51,505 nucleotides of DNA from an uncultured Candidatus Saccharibacteria bacterium (GCA_964373675.1 CAYJVO010000003.1:1-51505), one strand, 5' to 3'. Positions 8,922 through 18,043 are shown, counted from the stretch's first letter. Program-made: numbers and translations. The notes: generated by a model from the letters alone, not told the origin.

Positions 8922-9527
8922 TTATAATGCTTTAATAATTTTTTGAACAGCTTCTTTTTCGTCCCACGGAATTTTTTTGCCCTCGGCTTCAAACTCAAAA
9001 GTTGCTTTTCCTAAAATCAAGAAACATTTGTAAAAGCTGAAACGCGGCGAGAATCCAGCTCGGGAAAACAGTTCTTGTAATTTTTCAAAAGTGCGCGGCA
9101 ACGCTCCGGTATCTAACCGAAAGACTGGCCAAGCCAAAAATTTGAAATGCCTCGGCAGTATCAAATCGTTAATTAAAATGTGGCCGCCGGATCTAACAAC
9201 ACGAACCATCTCTTTAAAAACGCGCGTTAATTGCTCATCAGTCAAATGATGTAAAATAAAGTTGCATAATATTAAGTCAAAAGTCGCATCGGGGAATTCT
9301 AACTTAACCGCATCCATTTGCTGAAACTGAACACCAGGGTGCTTCTTTTTAGCCGTTTCAAGAATTTCAGAATCATTATCAATGCCAATATAATTTTTCG
9401 CGGGCAGCCGCGAATACCAACCATAGCCGCAACCTACATCTAAAACTTTTCCGTCCTTAAAACCAATATAGCGAAGATAATTTTTAATCTTTCGCTTAGT
9501 TAATTGAAATAAAAGCCAAGTTAGCAT
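8922..9527 (-). CDS. Class I SAM-dependent methyltransferase
   Basis: VLDVGCGYG motif I, GID, DAVKLEFPDATFD, LHH, GG.I.I.D. Confidence 0.9.
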   Translation of the reverse strand: MLTWLLFQLTKRKIKNYLRYIGFKDGKVLDVGCGYGWYSRLPAKNYIGIDNDSEILETAKKKHPGVQFQQMDAVKLEFPDATFDLILCNFILHHLTDEQLTRVFKEMVRVVRSGGHILINDLILPRHFKFLAWPVFRLDTGALPRTFEKLQELFSRAGFSPRFSFYKCFLILGKATFEFEAEGKKIPWDEKEAVQKIIKAL

Positions 9528-9528
9528 A

Positions 9529-10971
9529 TTAACCCTTAATTACTCCCACGGGTTTTAAGCGAGCGACTTTCTGAGCTAAACCGGCGCCATGAACCGCGTC
9601 CACCACTGCCTCTACATCTTTATAAGCAATCGGCGCTTCTTCGGCTAATCCGGCCATAGAACCTGATCGGACAGCGATTCCCTGATTTTCCAGTTCTTCT
9701 TTCAAAACAGAACCGCGAACCACTCTTTTCGCTTTAGTGCGCGACATCATTCTGCCGGCACCGTGACAAGAACTGCCAAAACTTAACTCCATTGCTCCGG
9801 GCGCACCAACCAAAACATAAGAAGCTGTGCCCATTGAACCAGGAATCAAAACCGGCTGCCCGACATTTTTATAAAGCTCAGGCGTCTCCTGATGTCCCGG
9901 AGGAAAAGCACGAGTCGCACCCTTACGATGCACCACCAACTTTTTCCCATCATACTCTTCTAATTTCGCCAAATTATGCGCCACATCATAAACCAACTTC
10001 AAATCCTCTTGACACTTGATGCTTGACGCTTGAAACGTCTTTGCCCACGCTTCTCTAATTTCCCAAGTAATAAATTGACGGTTCGCCCAGGCAAAATTGG
10101 CGCAGGCGACCATTGATTTCCAGTAGTTTTGGCCTTCCGGCGATTTGAAAGGCGCGCAAGCTAATTCCGGATCCGGTACTTTAATTCCATACTTTGGCAT
10201 GGCATCCATCATCACCCGGATGTAATCCGTGGCATTCTGATGACCAAGCCCTCGCGATCCGCAGTGAACCATCACTGTTATCTGATCTTTAAAAATCCCC
10301 ATCGCCTTCGCCGCTTCCTGATTAAAAATCTCGTCAACTCTTTGAACTTCCACAAAATGATTGCCTGCTCCGATAGTGCCGAGCTGATCGCGACCGCGGT
10401 CTTTAGCAATTTTGGAAACTAGTGAAGGATCGGCATCCGTAAGCCGACCGAGCGCCTCGCAATGTTCTTTGTCTTCTGCTGTGGCATACCCCGATTCAAT
10501 CATTTTATCCACGCCTTTTAACAAAACCTCATCCAATTCTTTATTGACTAAATTCAAACGACCGCCGCGCCCGACGCCGGAAGGAACCTCATGATAAATC
10601 TGAGTCGCTAAATCAGGAATTTGGTTTTTTATCCCTTGATAAGAATGAGGGGTTCGGATCAAACGGACGCCGCAGTTAATGTCGTATCCAATCCCGCCCG
10701 GAGAAATGACGCCGGTTTCCACGTCAAATGCCGCCACCCCGCCGATCGGAAATCCGTAGCCCTCGTGAATGTCCGGCATGGCCAAGGCCCACTTTTGAAT
10801 TCCCGGCAGAGTCGCAACATTTACTAATTGCTCAAGCGAGCGATCCTTAAACAAATCTTCAACCAATTTTTCATTGACAAACACCCTCGCCGGCACGCGC
10901 ATATCATTCCGATATTCCTTTGAGATTTCCCAAATGTATTCAGAAATTTTTTTAAGGTCGGATTTATTCAT
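9529..10971 (-). CDS. rtcB: RtcB RNA ligase
   Basis: MPDIHEGYGFPIG, GYDINCG, GAGNHF, HCGSRG, DVAHN, HRKGA, PGSMG, HGAGR, EEAP.AYK. Confidence 0.97.
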   Translation of the reverse strand: MNKSDLKKISEYIWEISKEYRNDMRVPARVFVNEKLVEDLFKDRSLEQLVNVATLPGIQKWALAMPDIHEGYGFPIGGVAAFDVETGVISPGGIGYDINCGVRLIRTPHSYQGIKNQIPDLATQIYHEVPSGVGRGGRLNLVNKELDEVLLKGVDKMIESGYATAEDKEHCEALGRLTDADPSLVSKIAKDRGRDQLGTIGAGNHFVEVQRVDEIFNQEAAKAMGIFKDQITVMVHCGSRGLGHQNATDYIRVMMDAMPKYGIKVPDPELACAPFKSPEGQNYWKSMVACANFAWANRQFITWEIREAWAKTFQASSIKCQEDLKLVYDVAHNLAKLEEYDGKKLVVHRKGATRAFPPGHQETPELYKNVGQPVLIPGSMGTASYVLVGAPGAMELSFGSSCHGAGRMMSRTKAKRVVRGSVLKEELENQGIAVRSGSMAGLAEEAPIAYKDVEAVVDAVHGAGLAQKVARLKPVGVIKG

Positions 10972-10991
10972 CTCTGTGGTTTAATTCTAAC

Positions 10992-11015
10992 AAAAAACCG
11001 GCATTTCGTGCCGGT
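10992..11015 (-). terminator. Intrinsic terminator
   Basis: ACCGGCA-cgaaa-TGCCGGT hairpin plus T run on the minus strand. Confidence 0.6.
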
Positions 11016-11024
11016 GCCGGATTG

Positions 11025-11333
11025 TCAATCCTCAAATCTTATGGGGTTAACAAGCACTTTAATCCCGTCTTTCTGCAAACATCCTTCACATATACCGCCA
11101 AACGGCGACTTCCCACCTTGTTCTTTCTTCGCTTGAAAGTAATAATACGAAGAACCCCTAGACCTACCGCTGAACAGTTTACCGCCCACAACCTTATGAT
11201 CCCGGTAGCTGCTTAAATCACAGTTTTGCTGGTCAAGCGGCGGCCCCTCGTAAGTTTCTTCAATGCAGCTAAAAACAATCTCATTCTTCTCACAAATGAC
11301 GCAACGGTAAGAAAATTCATGTTTTCTTTCCAT
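11025..11333 (-). CDS. Hypothetical protein, two CxxC
   Basis: 102-aa ORF with CVIC and CEGC. Confidence 0.5.
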   Translation of the reverse strand: MERKHEFSYRCVICEKNEIVFSCIEETYEGPPLDQQNCDLSSYRDHKVVGGKLFSGRSRGSSYYYFQAKKEQGGKSPFGGICEGCLQKDGIKVLVNPIRFED

Positions 11334-11399
11334 CTAATGCTCCTCAAAGATGCTTTTAGTAGTTAAGCAAATTCGAATTTATATATCAAGCGCACCCCC

Positions 11400-11429
11400 C
11401 ATGCCACTATCGCATGCGATAGTGGCATG
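11400..11429. promoter_or_regulatory. Perfect 30-bp palindrome immediately upstream of TATAAT (candidate operator or cassette end)
   Basis: CATGCCACTATCGCATGCGATAGTGGCATG; TATAAT at 11431-11436; ATG at 11444. Confidence 0.75.
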
Positions 11430-11443
11430 TTATAATCCCCCGC

Positions 11444-11893
11444 ATGGACATATCGAAAATACTAAACAATAAACATCGAACGGAATGGGAAGAAGCGGTG
11501 TGGACAGAAATTGTTAATCATTTGGCGACGGCGAAATCTCAAAAAGATTTCAAACAAATTTTAGACAAACTATTAAGCGAAGATGAGAAGCGCATAATTG
11601 TAAATCGGGTAGCAGTTTTGGCGCTTGTAAAATCAGGAAAAAGTTATTCAGAAATCGGTAGTGCGCTTTGGGTTTCGCCGGTAACCATCAGTACTGTAAA
11701 GAAAAATTTCTGGGATAAATCCGGGCATTATAAAAGCTGCCGATCAATACCGAACAAAAAGAAAGGGTGGGGCGGCGGGATGGAAACCAAAACTAAAAAA
11801 TCTTTTTGGGACGAACTATTTAACAACATAGATCTGTGGGATTTAATTACAAATCCGCCTCGTCCACCAGGAATTGGTTTAAAAAACAAATAA
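11444..11893 (+). CDS. TrpR-like (YerC/YecD) HTH protein, paralog 1
   Basis: LLSEDEK.II..R.AV..L...GKSYSEIGSALWVSPVTISTV: TrpR-type HTH pattern. Confidence 0.8.
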   Translation: MDISKILNNKHRTEWEEAVWTEIVNHLATAKSQKDFKQILDKLLSEDEKRIIVNRVAVLALVKSGKSYSEIGSALWVSPVTISTVKKNFWDKSGHYKSCRSIPNKKKGWGGGMETKTKKSFWDELFNNIDLWDLITNPPRPPGIGLKNK

Positions 11894-11901
11894 CGGAACA
11901 A

Positions 11902-11929
11902 TCACCACTATCGCATGCGATAGTGGTGA
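11902..11929. repeat. Perfect 28-bp palindrome, second copy of the CCACTATCGCATGCGATAGTGG core
   Basis: TCACCACTATCGCATGCGATAGTGGTGA, 9 nt after the stop of paralog 1. Confidence 0.9.
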
Positions 11930-11947
11930 AGGAAATAAAAAACCGGC

Positions 11948-12283
11948 CTACTTTGGGCCGGGTGGCATTTTCAATTTGATTGGCTCTAGAAGAAATTTCA
12001 AAAGCTTTTTATCGCTATCTAATAGTTTCAAGTCGTTTATTTTTTCCGGATGCCGTTCCAATTCTCCGAGGCATTCTCGACAAGACAAAACATGGCTGAA
12101 AGTCATTCTGAAAACCGGATCGGAAACGACAACTAGCGGCTGTTTGGAACTGCAGGGAAATGGCCAGTTGGTTTCCAAAAACCCAATCTGTTCTTTTAGT
12201 TTTCTAATATCATTCGCAGCGCAAAACACAAAGACTCCAAAAAAAGAGATAACACCAAGAAGCGCGGTCCAATACCAATCCAT
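11948..12283 (-). CDS. Hypothetical membrane-anchored protein
   Basis: N-terminal TM helix, H..SC.EC. Confidence 0.55.
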   Translation of the reverse strand: MDWYWTALLGVISFFGVFVFCAANDIRKLKEQIGFLETNWPFPCSSKQPLVVVSDPVFRMTFSHVLSCRECLGELERHPEKINDLKLLDSDKKLLKFLLEPIKLKMPPGPK

Positions 12284-12309
12284 CCGGCCACCTCACTCAA
12301 AGAACTGGT

Positions 12310-12768
12310 TTAAATATCAAGTACGAGGCGGGTTTTGTAAAGATCGTCTTCTTTTTTTATATCCACTTCGTGATAAGTGACAGCTTTTATGTCTTCTTCG
12401 AATTTATCTACCGACGCTCCGGAAATTTCCGCCTCAATTTCATTATCTTTCAACTTTAAACTTTCCACTTTATAAACTCGCTTATTGATTTGGCTTCTCG
12501 CTAAAATCTCATTCAAAAAATCAACCAGCAAAGTGTTCGTATTCGCTGATTGAATTTTGATTTTTTCTGTCACTGTTTTCACGCGTGAAAGCAGTTTTTG
12601 GCGGCCCCCCAAAATGTCGGCGAGAGCTTCAGCGGCATTGATAAATAATTCCTCGATAGTTTTGCCGTAAACTTCAAAGCGCAAATCGGCAGTATGGCTA
12701 AGGATTTTATATTTCATCCCGTTAGAAGGGGCCCCAACTTCAGTTTTTCTATTATTTTTGTTATTCAT
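12310..12768 (-). CDS. Archease (RtcB cofactor)
   Basis: HTADL...YG.T.EELF.NA, L.DFLNE, IKAVTYH, VLDI C terminus; real start may be ATG 12717. Confidence 0.93.
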   Translation of the reverse strand: MNNKNNRKTEVGAPSNGMKYKILSHTADLRFEVYGKTIEELFINAAEALADILGGRQKLLSRVKTVTEKIKIQSANTNTLLVDFLNEILARSQINKRVYKVESLKLKDNEIEAEISGASVDKFEEDIKAVTYHEVDIKKEDDLYKTRLVLDI

Positions 12769-12822
12769 CGTGCTTTAATAATTCTATTCAGACGGCCGCA
12801 TTTGTTCACCTTCTAACGGGAT
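12716..12822. repeat. 14-bp inverted repeat pair ATCCCGTTAGAAGG / CCTTCTAACGGGAT spanning the murE-archease junction
   Basis: Read directly; the same arm occurs at 34500-34572. Confidence 0.75.
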
Positions 12823-14149
12823 CGTTCAGCAATTCCTCAACAATCTTTCTTTCATCCCACGCAATTTTCTTTCCTCTCTCAATATGCAGCCACGACTCAC
12901 TGCCTTTGCCGGTAATAACTACGGTATCGCCTTTTTTAGCCATCTCAATAGATTTTTTAATGGCTTCGCGGCGATCCAAAACTTTAAAATGACCGGCCAT
13001 TTTTAATTTAGAATTGAGGGCGTGCGCAAAACCCCGCTCAATGTCATTTAAAATTCTCAGCGGATCTTCATCGTAAGGATCTTCATTGGTTAAAATAACC
13101 ACATCGCAATTTTCTGCCGCAATCTTGCCCATAACCGCCCGCTTCCATTTATCCCTTCCTCCTCCTGCTGCCCCAAGAACGCAGATCAATCTACTTTTGG
13201 ATTTTGGATTTTGTTTCCCTTCGGGAGATCCCCCGTAGGGGGAAATTTTGGAATTTCCGACGGCCTGATAAACCTTTTCTAAACTGTCAGGCGTATGCGC
13301 ATAATCAATCACCAATCTAAACTTTTCCTGATTGCCCGCCGACCTGTCCGCCAAAGCTTTAGCGTCGGCGGAAGTTTTAACGGAGACGGAGATAATCTCC
13401 ATCCGCCCAGGCACGCCTTTGAAATTCTGGAATGCTTTTTTAATCACTGACCAACCAATGCCCTGCGATTCAGTAAAAGCTGATGCGGCGGCGGCATTTT
13501 CCAAATTAAAATTGCTGGCCAGCCAATCACCAATGGATACCCGGCCGTTATTCAGCTGATTTTTAATAAAACTATCACGGCTGAAATACCTTATCTCGCC
13601 TGAATTATTTATGGCATTTATAAAATAGTTTTTGTACCGATCCTCCTCGTTAATGAAAAAGGTCTTGCGCGGCTTTTTGGAACAGCGGATGATGTCATTA
13701 AAGAATTTCAGCTTGGCATCACGGTAATTCTCAAAAGACCCGTGGGCTTCAATATGCTCGGGATGAAGATTTAAAATCATGGCCGCGTCCCAATCAATAA
13801 ACCTATGTCTGTGTTGTAAAATGCCTTGCGAAGTAACCTCAACAATAGCATACCCGCATCCCGCCTTCACCGCTTTCTTCAGCAATCGCTGGATAAAAAA
13901 CCGGCCCGGCATGGTCATGGAGGTGGTATTTTTCCAATTCTCTTTTCCAACTTTAAAACGAAGTGAAGAAATAATGGCGGTTTTTTTTCCCGCCGCTTCC
14001 AAAACCGCGTTTATCAACTCCACCGTAGTCGTCTTACCCTTCGTGCCGGTCACCCCGATCACAAAAAGCTTTTTGGACGGAAAACCGTAAATAATATTCC
14101 CCGCCCAAGCAAGCAAATAATGATAGATGTCTTTTAAGAAATTAATCAC
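12806..14149 (-). CDS. murE: MurE-type Mur ligase
   Basis: GVTGTKGKTT, EVTSQG, NLHPEH, PGRME, DYAHTPD, GKG.E motifs. Confidence 0.88.
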   Translation of the reverse strand: MINFLKDIYHYLLAWAGNIIYGFPSKKLFVIGVTGTKGKTTTVELINAVLEAAGKKTAIISSLRFKVGKENWKNTTSMTMPGRFFIQRLLKKAVKAGCGYAIVEVTSQGILQHRHRFIDWDAAMILNLHPEHIEAHGSFENYRDAKLKFFNDIIRCSKKPRKTFFINEEDRYKNYFINAINNSGEIRYFSRDSFIKNQLNNGRVSIGDWLASNFNLENAAAASAFTESQGIGWSVIKKAFQNFKGVPGRMEIISVSVKTSADAKALADRSAGNQEKFRLVIDYAHTPDSLEKVYQAVGNSKISPYGGSPEGKQNPKSKSRLICVLGAAGGGRDKWKRAVMGKIAAENCDVVILTNEDPYDEDPLRILNDIERGFAHALNSKLKMAGHFKVLDRREAIKKSIEMAKKGDTVVITGKGSESWLHIERGKKIAWDERKIVEELLNDPVRR

Positions 14150-14242
14150 TTTTAAATTATAACATCAAAAAAACGTCTTATTGATGCCGTTTTTTAAGAG
14201 TACTCTTATCCGCGATCGCGTTTATAGGTAACTAACAAAAAT

Positions 14243-14830
14243 TTAGTTCCTTGCTTTCCGCAACGCCTCTTTTAATCTTTCCTTAAATCCAGAAACTTTA
14301 GGGTCAATTTTGGAAATTGTGGCTTTGGCTTGCTGTTTGGTATAACCCAAACTTATTAAGGTTTCTTCTAGCTCTAAATCCGATTCCATCAGTCCCAACG
14401 CTTGCGCGGAAGCCGATCCGCCGCCATCGTCCAATTTGCCCTTTAAATCCACTACCACCCGCTCGGCAGTTTTTTTGCCGATGCCGGAAGCTTTGGTCAA
14501 AAGATCGGTTTTTCCATTGTTGATAGCCGCCGTCAGCTGATCAATCGGCGCTACGCTCAAGATCGCCATTGCTGTTTTCGGGCCAATGCCGCTAACAGTA
14601 TTTAATTTTTCAAAAAGATAAAGCTCCTTCTCGCTCAAAAATCCGAAAAGCTCAAACGGCTCGTTTTCGCGGTTATAAAGAGAGCAAAAAATTTTGATTT
14701 GCGATCCCGGCTGTGGTAAACTCTGGGCGTTCCGCGGAGAAAGAAAAACCTTGAAACCGATTCCACCCGCTTCCAAAATCACGAAATTTTCCTTTCTACC
14801 GACAAGCTTTCCGGATAGAGAATAAATCAC
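14243..14830 (-). CDS. ruvA: Holliday junction branch migration protein RuvA
   Basis: GGIGF, L.GF, VSGIGPKTA, GIGKKTAERVVVDL, LISLGY. Confidence 0.95.
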   Translation of the reverse strand: MIYSLSGKLVGRKENFVILEAGGIGFKVFLSPRNAQSLPQPGSQIKIFCSLYNRENEPFELFGFLSEKELYLFEKLNTVSGIGPKTAMAILSVAPIDQLTAAINNGKTDLLTKASGIGKKTAERVVVDLKGKLDDGGGSASAQALGLMESDLELEETLISLGYTKQQAKATISKIDPKVSGFKERLKEALRKARN

Positions 14831-14853
14831 ACATTAAGTATAAACTATGACTA

Positions 14854-15200
14854 ATGACTATGACTAATGACCAAAAAATAAATAATTACGGCTTTAGATT
14901 CAAAGATTGGGATATTTATAATGATGCCCGTTATTTTAGGATTTTTGTGAACAATATTCTTAAAAAACTTCCTCCTGAAGAAAAATATATCCTTGTAAAT
15001 CAAACTAAACGAGCCTTAATTTCCATAATTCTAAATATTGCTGAGGACGCTAACAGAACTACGGATAAAGAATTGCTTGTATTGATTGCTGTTTAGACAA
15101 CCAATATATTACCGAAAAAGAATATGAGGAGATATTAGTTAAGGCAGAAAGTATAGCTAAAAGACTTCGCAAATTTTCTTCTCATTTATCATCGTCATAG
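14854..15200 (+). pseudogene. Four-helix-bundle protein (23S IVS protein/bAvd-like) with internal deletion and frameshift
   Basis: FKDWDIY...FPxEEKY-like...NQ.KRA..SI.LNIAE in one frame; after 15072 the family-like tail (ACIDCCLDNQYITEKEY...KRLRKF) continues in another frame to TAG at 15200. Confidence 0.75.
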
Positions 15201-15231
15201 TCATAGTCATTTGTTATTAGTCATAGTAAAT

Positions 15232-17007
15232 ATGTTTAAACTGGTATCCCAATTTGTTCCAAAAGGCGATCAGCCGCAGGCCATCGCCAAACTAACGGAC
15301 GGCATCCAAACTGGCTTAAAAGACCAAGTTCTTTTAGGCGTTACCGGCTCCGGCAAGACCTTTACTATGGCCTCGGTAATGGAGAAAATCGGCCTGCCGA
15401 CACTTGTTATCTCACCCAACAAAATCCTCGCCGCCCAGCTTTATCAAGAGTTCAAACAATTTTTTCCGAATAATGCCGTACACTATTTTGTTTCCTACTA
15501 TGACTACTACCAGCCAGAGGCCTACATTCCTCAAACCAACACCTATATCCAAAAAGACGCTCGCATCAACGAAGAAATAGACAAGCTCCGTCATGCCGCC
15601 ATCCAAAGTGTGCTTACCAGAAAAGACACGATCGTTGTCTCTTCCGTCTCCTGCATCTATGGCATCGGCGATCCCAATGAATACCAGCGCGCCCGCCTGG
15701 AACTCAAAACAGGACAATCTGTCGGCCAAAAAGATTTGGAACGCAGTTTAAGTTTTCTCCAATATGAACGCACTACCAAACGCCCGCTTCTCGGCCAATA
15801 CCAGCTTTTAAAAACCGCCCTGGAAATTCACCTTGTAACTGACGAACTTGTCCACATTGAATTTGATCGCGGCCGAAAAATAAAATCCGTTACGAAACTC
15901 GTTAACTCGTTAACTCATCAACTCATTAACTTAATCATCTATCCGGCCAAATTCTGGGTCACACCCCAAAACAAACTCAAACTGGCCCTCAAGAATATTA
16001 AAGCGGAAGCGGAAGAGCGCGTTGAAGAATTACAGTCCGCCAATAAATTTATGGAAGCCGACCGCCTAGAAAAACGCACTGGATTTGATTTGGAAATGCT
16101 CGCTAAAAAAGGTTATATTAATGGAATTGAAAATTATTCCCGTCATTTGAGTTTCCGTGAACCCGGCGAGCCGCCAATGACGCTTTTAGACTACTTCCCA
16201 AAGCCGTTTCTGCTTTTCATTGACGAATCCCATATTGCCATCCCCCAACTTCGCGCTATGGAAGCCGGCGACCGAATTAGAAAAGCCACCCTGATTGAAC
16301 ACGGCTTCCGACTGCCTTCGGCGCTGGACAATCGGCCGCTGAAATTTGAAGAATTCAATTACAAAATCGGCCAGAGAATTTATGTTTCCGCCACCCCCGG
16401 TCCCTATGAGTTGGAAAAGACGGGGCAAATCGTTGAACAACTGGTAAGACCAACTGGTATTTTGGATCCTAAAATTTCTATTCGGCCGGCCCAAAATCAG
16501 ATCAAAGACCTCTTGGAGGAAATCAAAAAACGGATCGCCTGCAATGAACGGGTTCTGGCGCTGACACTAACCAAAAGATCTGCCGAAGATTTGACGGAAT
16601 TTCTGCTTTCCCAAAAAATCCGGGCGCAATATCTTCATTCAGAGATCAAAACCCTAAAGCGCCCTGAAATTCTCAATGCTCTGCGGCGCGGCAAAATTGA
16701 TGTTGTCGTTGGCATCAATCTTTTACGCGAGGGATTGGATCTGCCAGAAGTAAGCTTGGTGGCAATTTTAGACGCCGACCGCGAAGGATTTTTACGCAAC
16801 TACCACGGCCTCATCCAAATGTCTGGCCGCGCCGCCCGCTCAGTTAACGGCAAAGTAATTCTATATGCTGATTTCATCACTGGATCAATAAAAAAAGCGA
16901 CTGTGGAAACTTTGCGGCGGCGCAAAATCCAAGAAAAATTCAACAAAAGCTACGGCATTATCCCGCAGACTATTCAAAAAGAAATTTCTATTGACTCTAT
17001 AAACTAA
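15232..17007 (+). CDS. uvrB: Excinuclease ABC subunit B (short, no C-terminal UVR domain)
   Basis: GDQPQAI, LLGVTGSGKTFT, YFVSYYDYYQPEAY, DESH, DNRPL, NLLREGLDLPEV; ATG 15232 preferred. Confidence 0.96.
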   Translation: MFKLVSQFVPKGDQPQAIAKLTDGIQTGLKDQVLLGVTGSGKTFTMASVMEKIGLPTLVISPNKILAAQLYQEFKQFFPNNAVHYFVSYYDYYQPEAYIPQTNTYIQKDARINEEIDKLRHAAIQSVLTRKDTIVVSSVSCIYGIGDPNEYQRARLELKTGQSVGQKDLERSLSFLQYERTTKRPLLGQYQLLKTALEIHLVTDELVHIEFDRGRKIKSVTKLVNSLTHQLINLIIYPAKFWVTPQNKLKLALKNIKAEAEERVEELQSANKFMEADRLEKRTGFDLEMLAKKGYINGIENYSRHLSFREPGEPPMTLLDYFPKPFLLFIDESHIAIPQLRAMEAGDRIRKATLIEHGFRLPSALDNRPLKFEEFNYKIGQRIYVSATPGPYELEKTGQIVEQLVRPTGILDPKISIRPAQNQIKDLLEEIKKRIACNERVLALTLTKRSAEDLTEFLLSQKIRAQYLHSEIKTLKRPEILNALRRGKIDVVVGINLLREGLDLPEVSLVAILDADREGFLRNYHGLIQMSGRAARSVNGKVILYADFITGSIKKATVETLRRRKIQEKFNKSYGIIPQTIQKEISIDSIN

Positions 17008-17037
17008 AAGCTATAAGCTAGAATCTATCTCAATAAT

Positions 17038-17301
17038 ATGCCAATTACCAAATCAGCCAAAAAAGCGTTGCGCCAAAGCATCCGCCGCCGCGAACGCAAT
17101 TTATCCACAAAGAAAAACCTTAAAGAAGTTCTTAAAACTTACAAAAAGCAGGTGGCCGCCAAAAATTTTGATGAGGCCAAAAAACAACTTTCTCTGGTGT
17201 ATCAAAAACTGGATAAAGCGACAAAAACAAATATTCTAAAAAAAAATACCGCTTCACGGCTGAAATCACGATTAACTAAACTAATAGCCGTTAAGCGCTA
17301 A
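17038..17301 (+). CDS. rpsT: 30S ribosomal protein S20
   Basis: MPITKSAKKALRQS...KNTASRLKSRL. Confidence 0.96.
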   Translation: MPITKSAKKALRQSIRRRERNLSTKKNLKEVLKTYKKQVAAKNFDEAKKQLSLVYQKLDKATKTNILKKNTASRLKSRLTKLIAVKR

Positions 17302-18036
17302 ATCCAGAAGCGCCTCTTCGTATTCCAGTTTGCCGGATTTGATGGCGACGTCGTAGTCGGCCATTTTTGTTTTCAAATCGCCATCAACCTGTGAGGCCAT
17401 AATATTAAAAACAGCAGCCGGCTCTTCGCTGCAAAGTAAAAAAGAAAGCGCTGAAAGTCGACTAGCTAAAGCTGATTTTTTTAACCGTTGAAGTAAAGAA
17501 AAAAAGTTCGGGTAAGCAAAATCATGTTCGGGCTTTCCGCCGAGTGCTAATTTATCTAGTTCGTTAACCGCGAACCAAATATCTGATCCGCTGGCGCGAA
17601 TTAAATCATTGATCGCATTTGAATCCATTTCTGGGCCTCGTTTAGCTGCTTCTTTTTTTATAAATGCAGCAAACTGCGCTCCAATTAATGGCTTAAACTC
17701 TTCCGATAAATAAGGTTTTTTAAAAAGAAAATTAAAATCTTTTCCTAAATGCCTTTCGGCAACTATAAATAAATGAGAATGTTTTTGTTGAGAGGCCAAT
17801 TTTATTAATCCTGCTAAAGCCGCGGGCGCTTCCTTGCACCGAATAATGCTCAACCTAGATCCGCCAAAAAGCGACTGCGCGCTCAAAGAATCCCTTAAGA
17901 GATCTATTTCTTCTCCGTTTTCCAAATCAAAATGTTCCACTGTCAAACCAGAATGTTTTTCTTTATATTTACCGATCAGCTCCTTTAGCTTTTGCTGTCG
18001 CCGATAAGCATCGGGGCCGTAGAGATAGAGAATCAT
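17281..18036 (-). CDS. holA: DNA polymerase III delta subunit
   Basis: YLYGPDAYRR, SLFGG, NELDKL and D..IKSG...EEAL; head-to-head with rpsT as in many bacteria. Confidence 0.8.
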   Translation of the reverse strand: MILYLYGPDAYRRQQKLKELIGKYKEKHSGLTVEHFDLENGEEIDLLRDSLSAQSLFGGSRLSIIRCKEAPAALAGLIKLASQQKHSHLFIVAERHLGKDFNFLFKKPYLSEEFKPLIGAQFAAFIKKEAAKRGPEMDSNAINDLIRASGSDIWFAVNELDKLALGGKPEHDFAYPNFFSLLQRLKKSALASRLSALSFLLCSEEPAAVFNIMASQVDGDLKTKMADYDVAIKSGKLEYEEALLDLALNGY

Positions 18037-18043
18037 TTATCCA

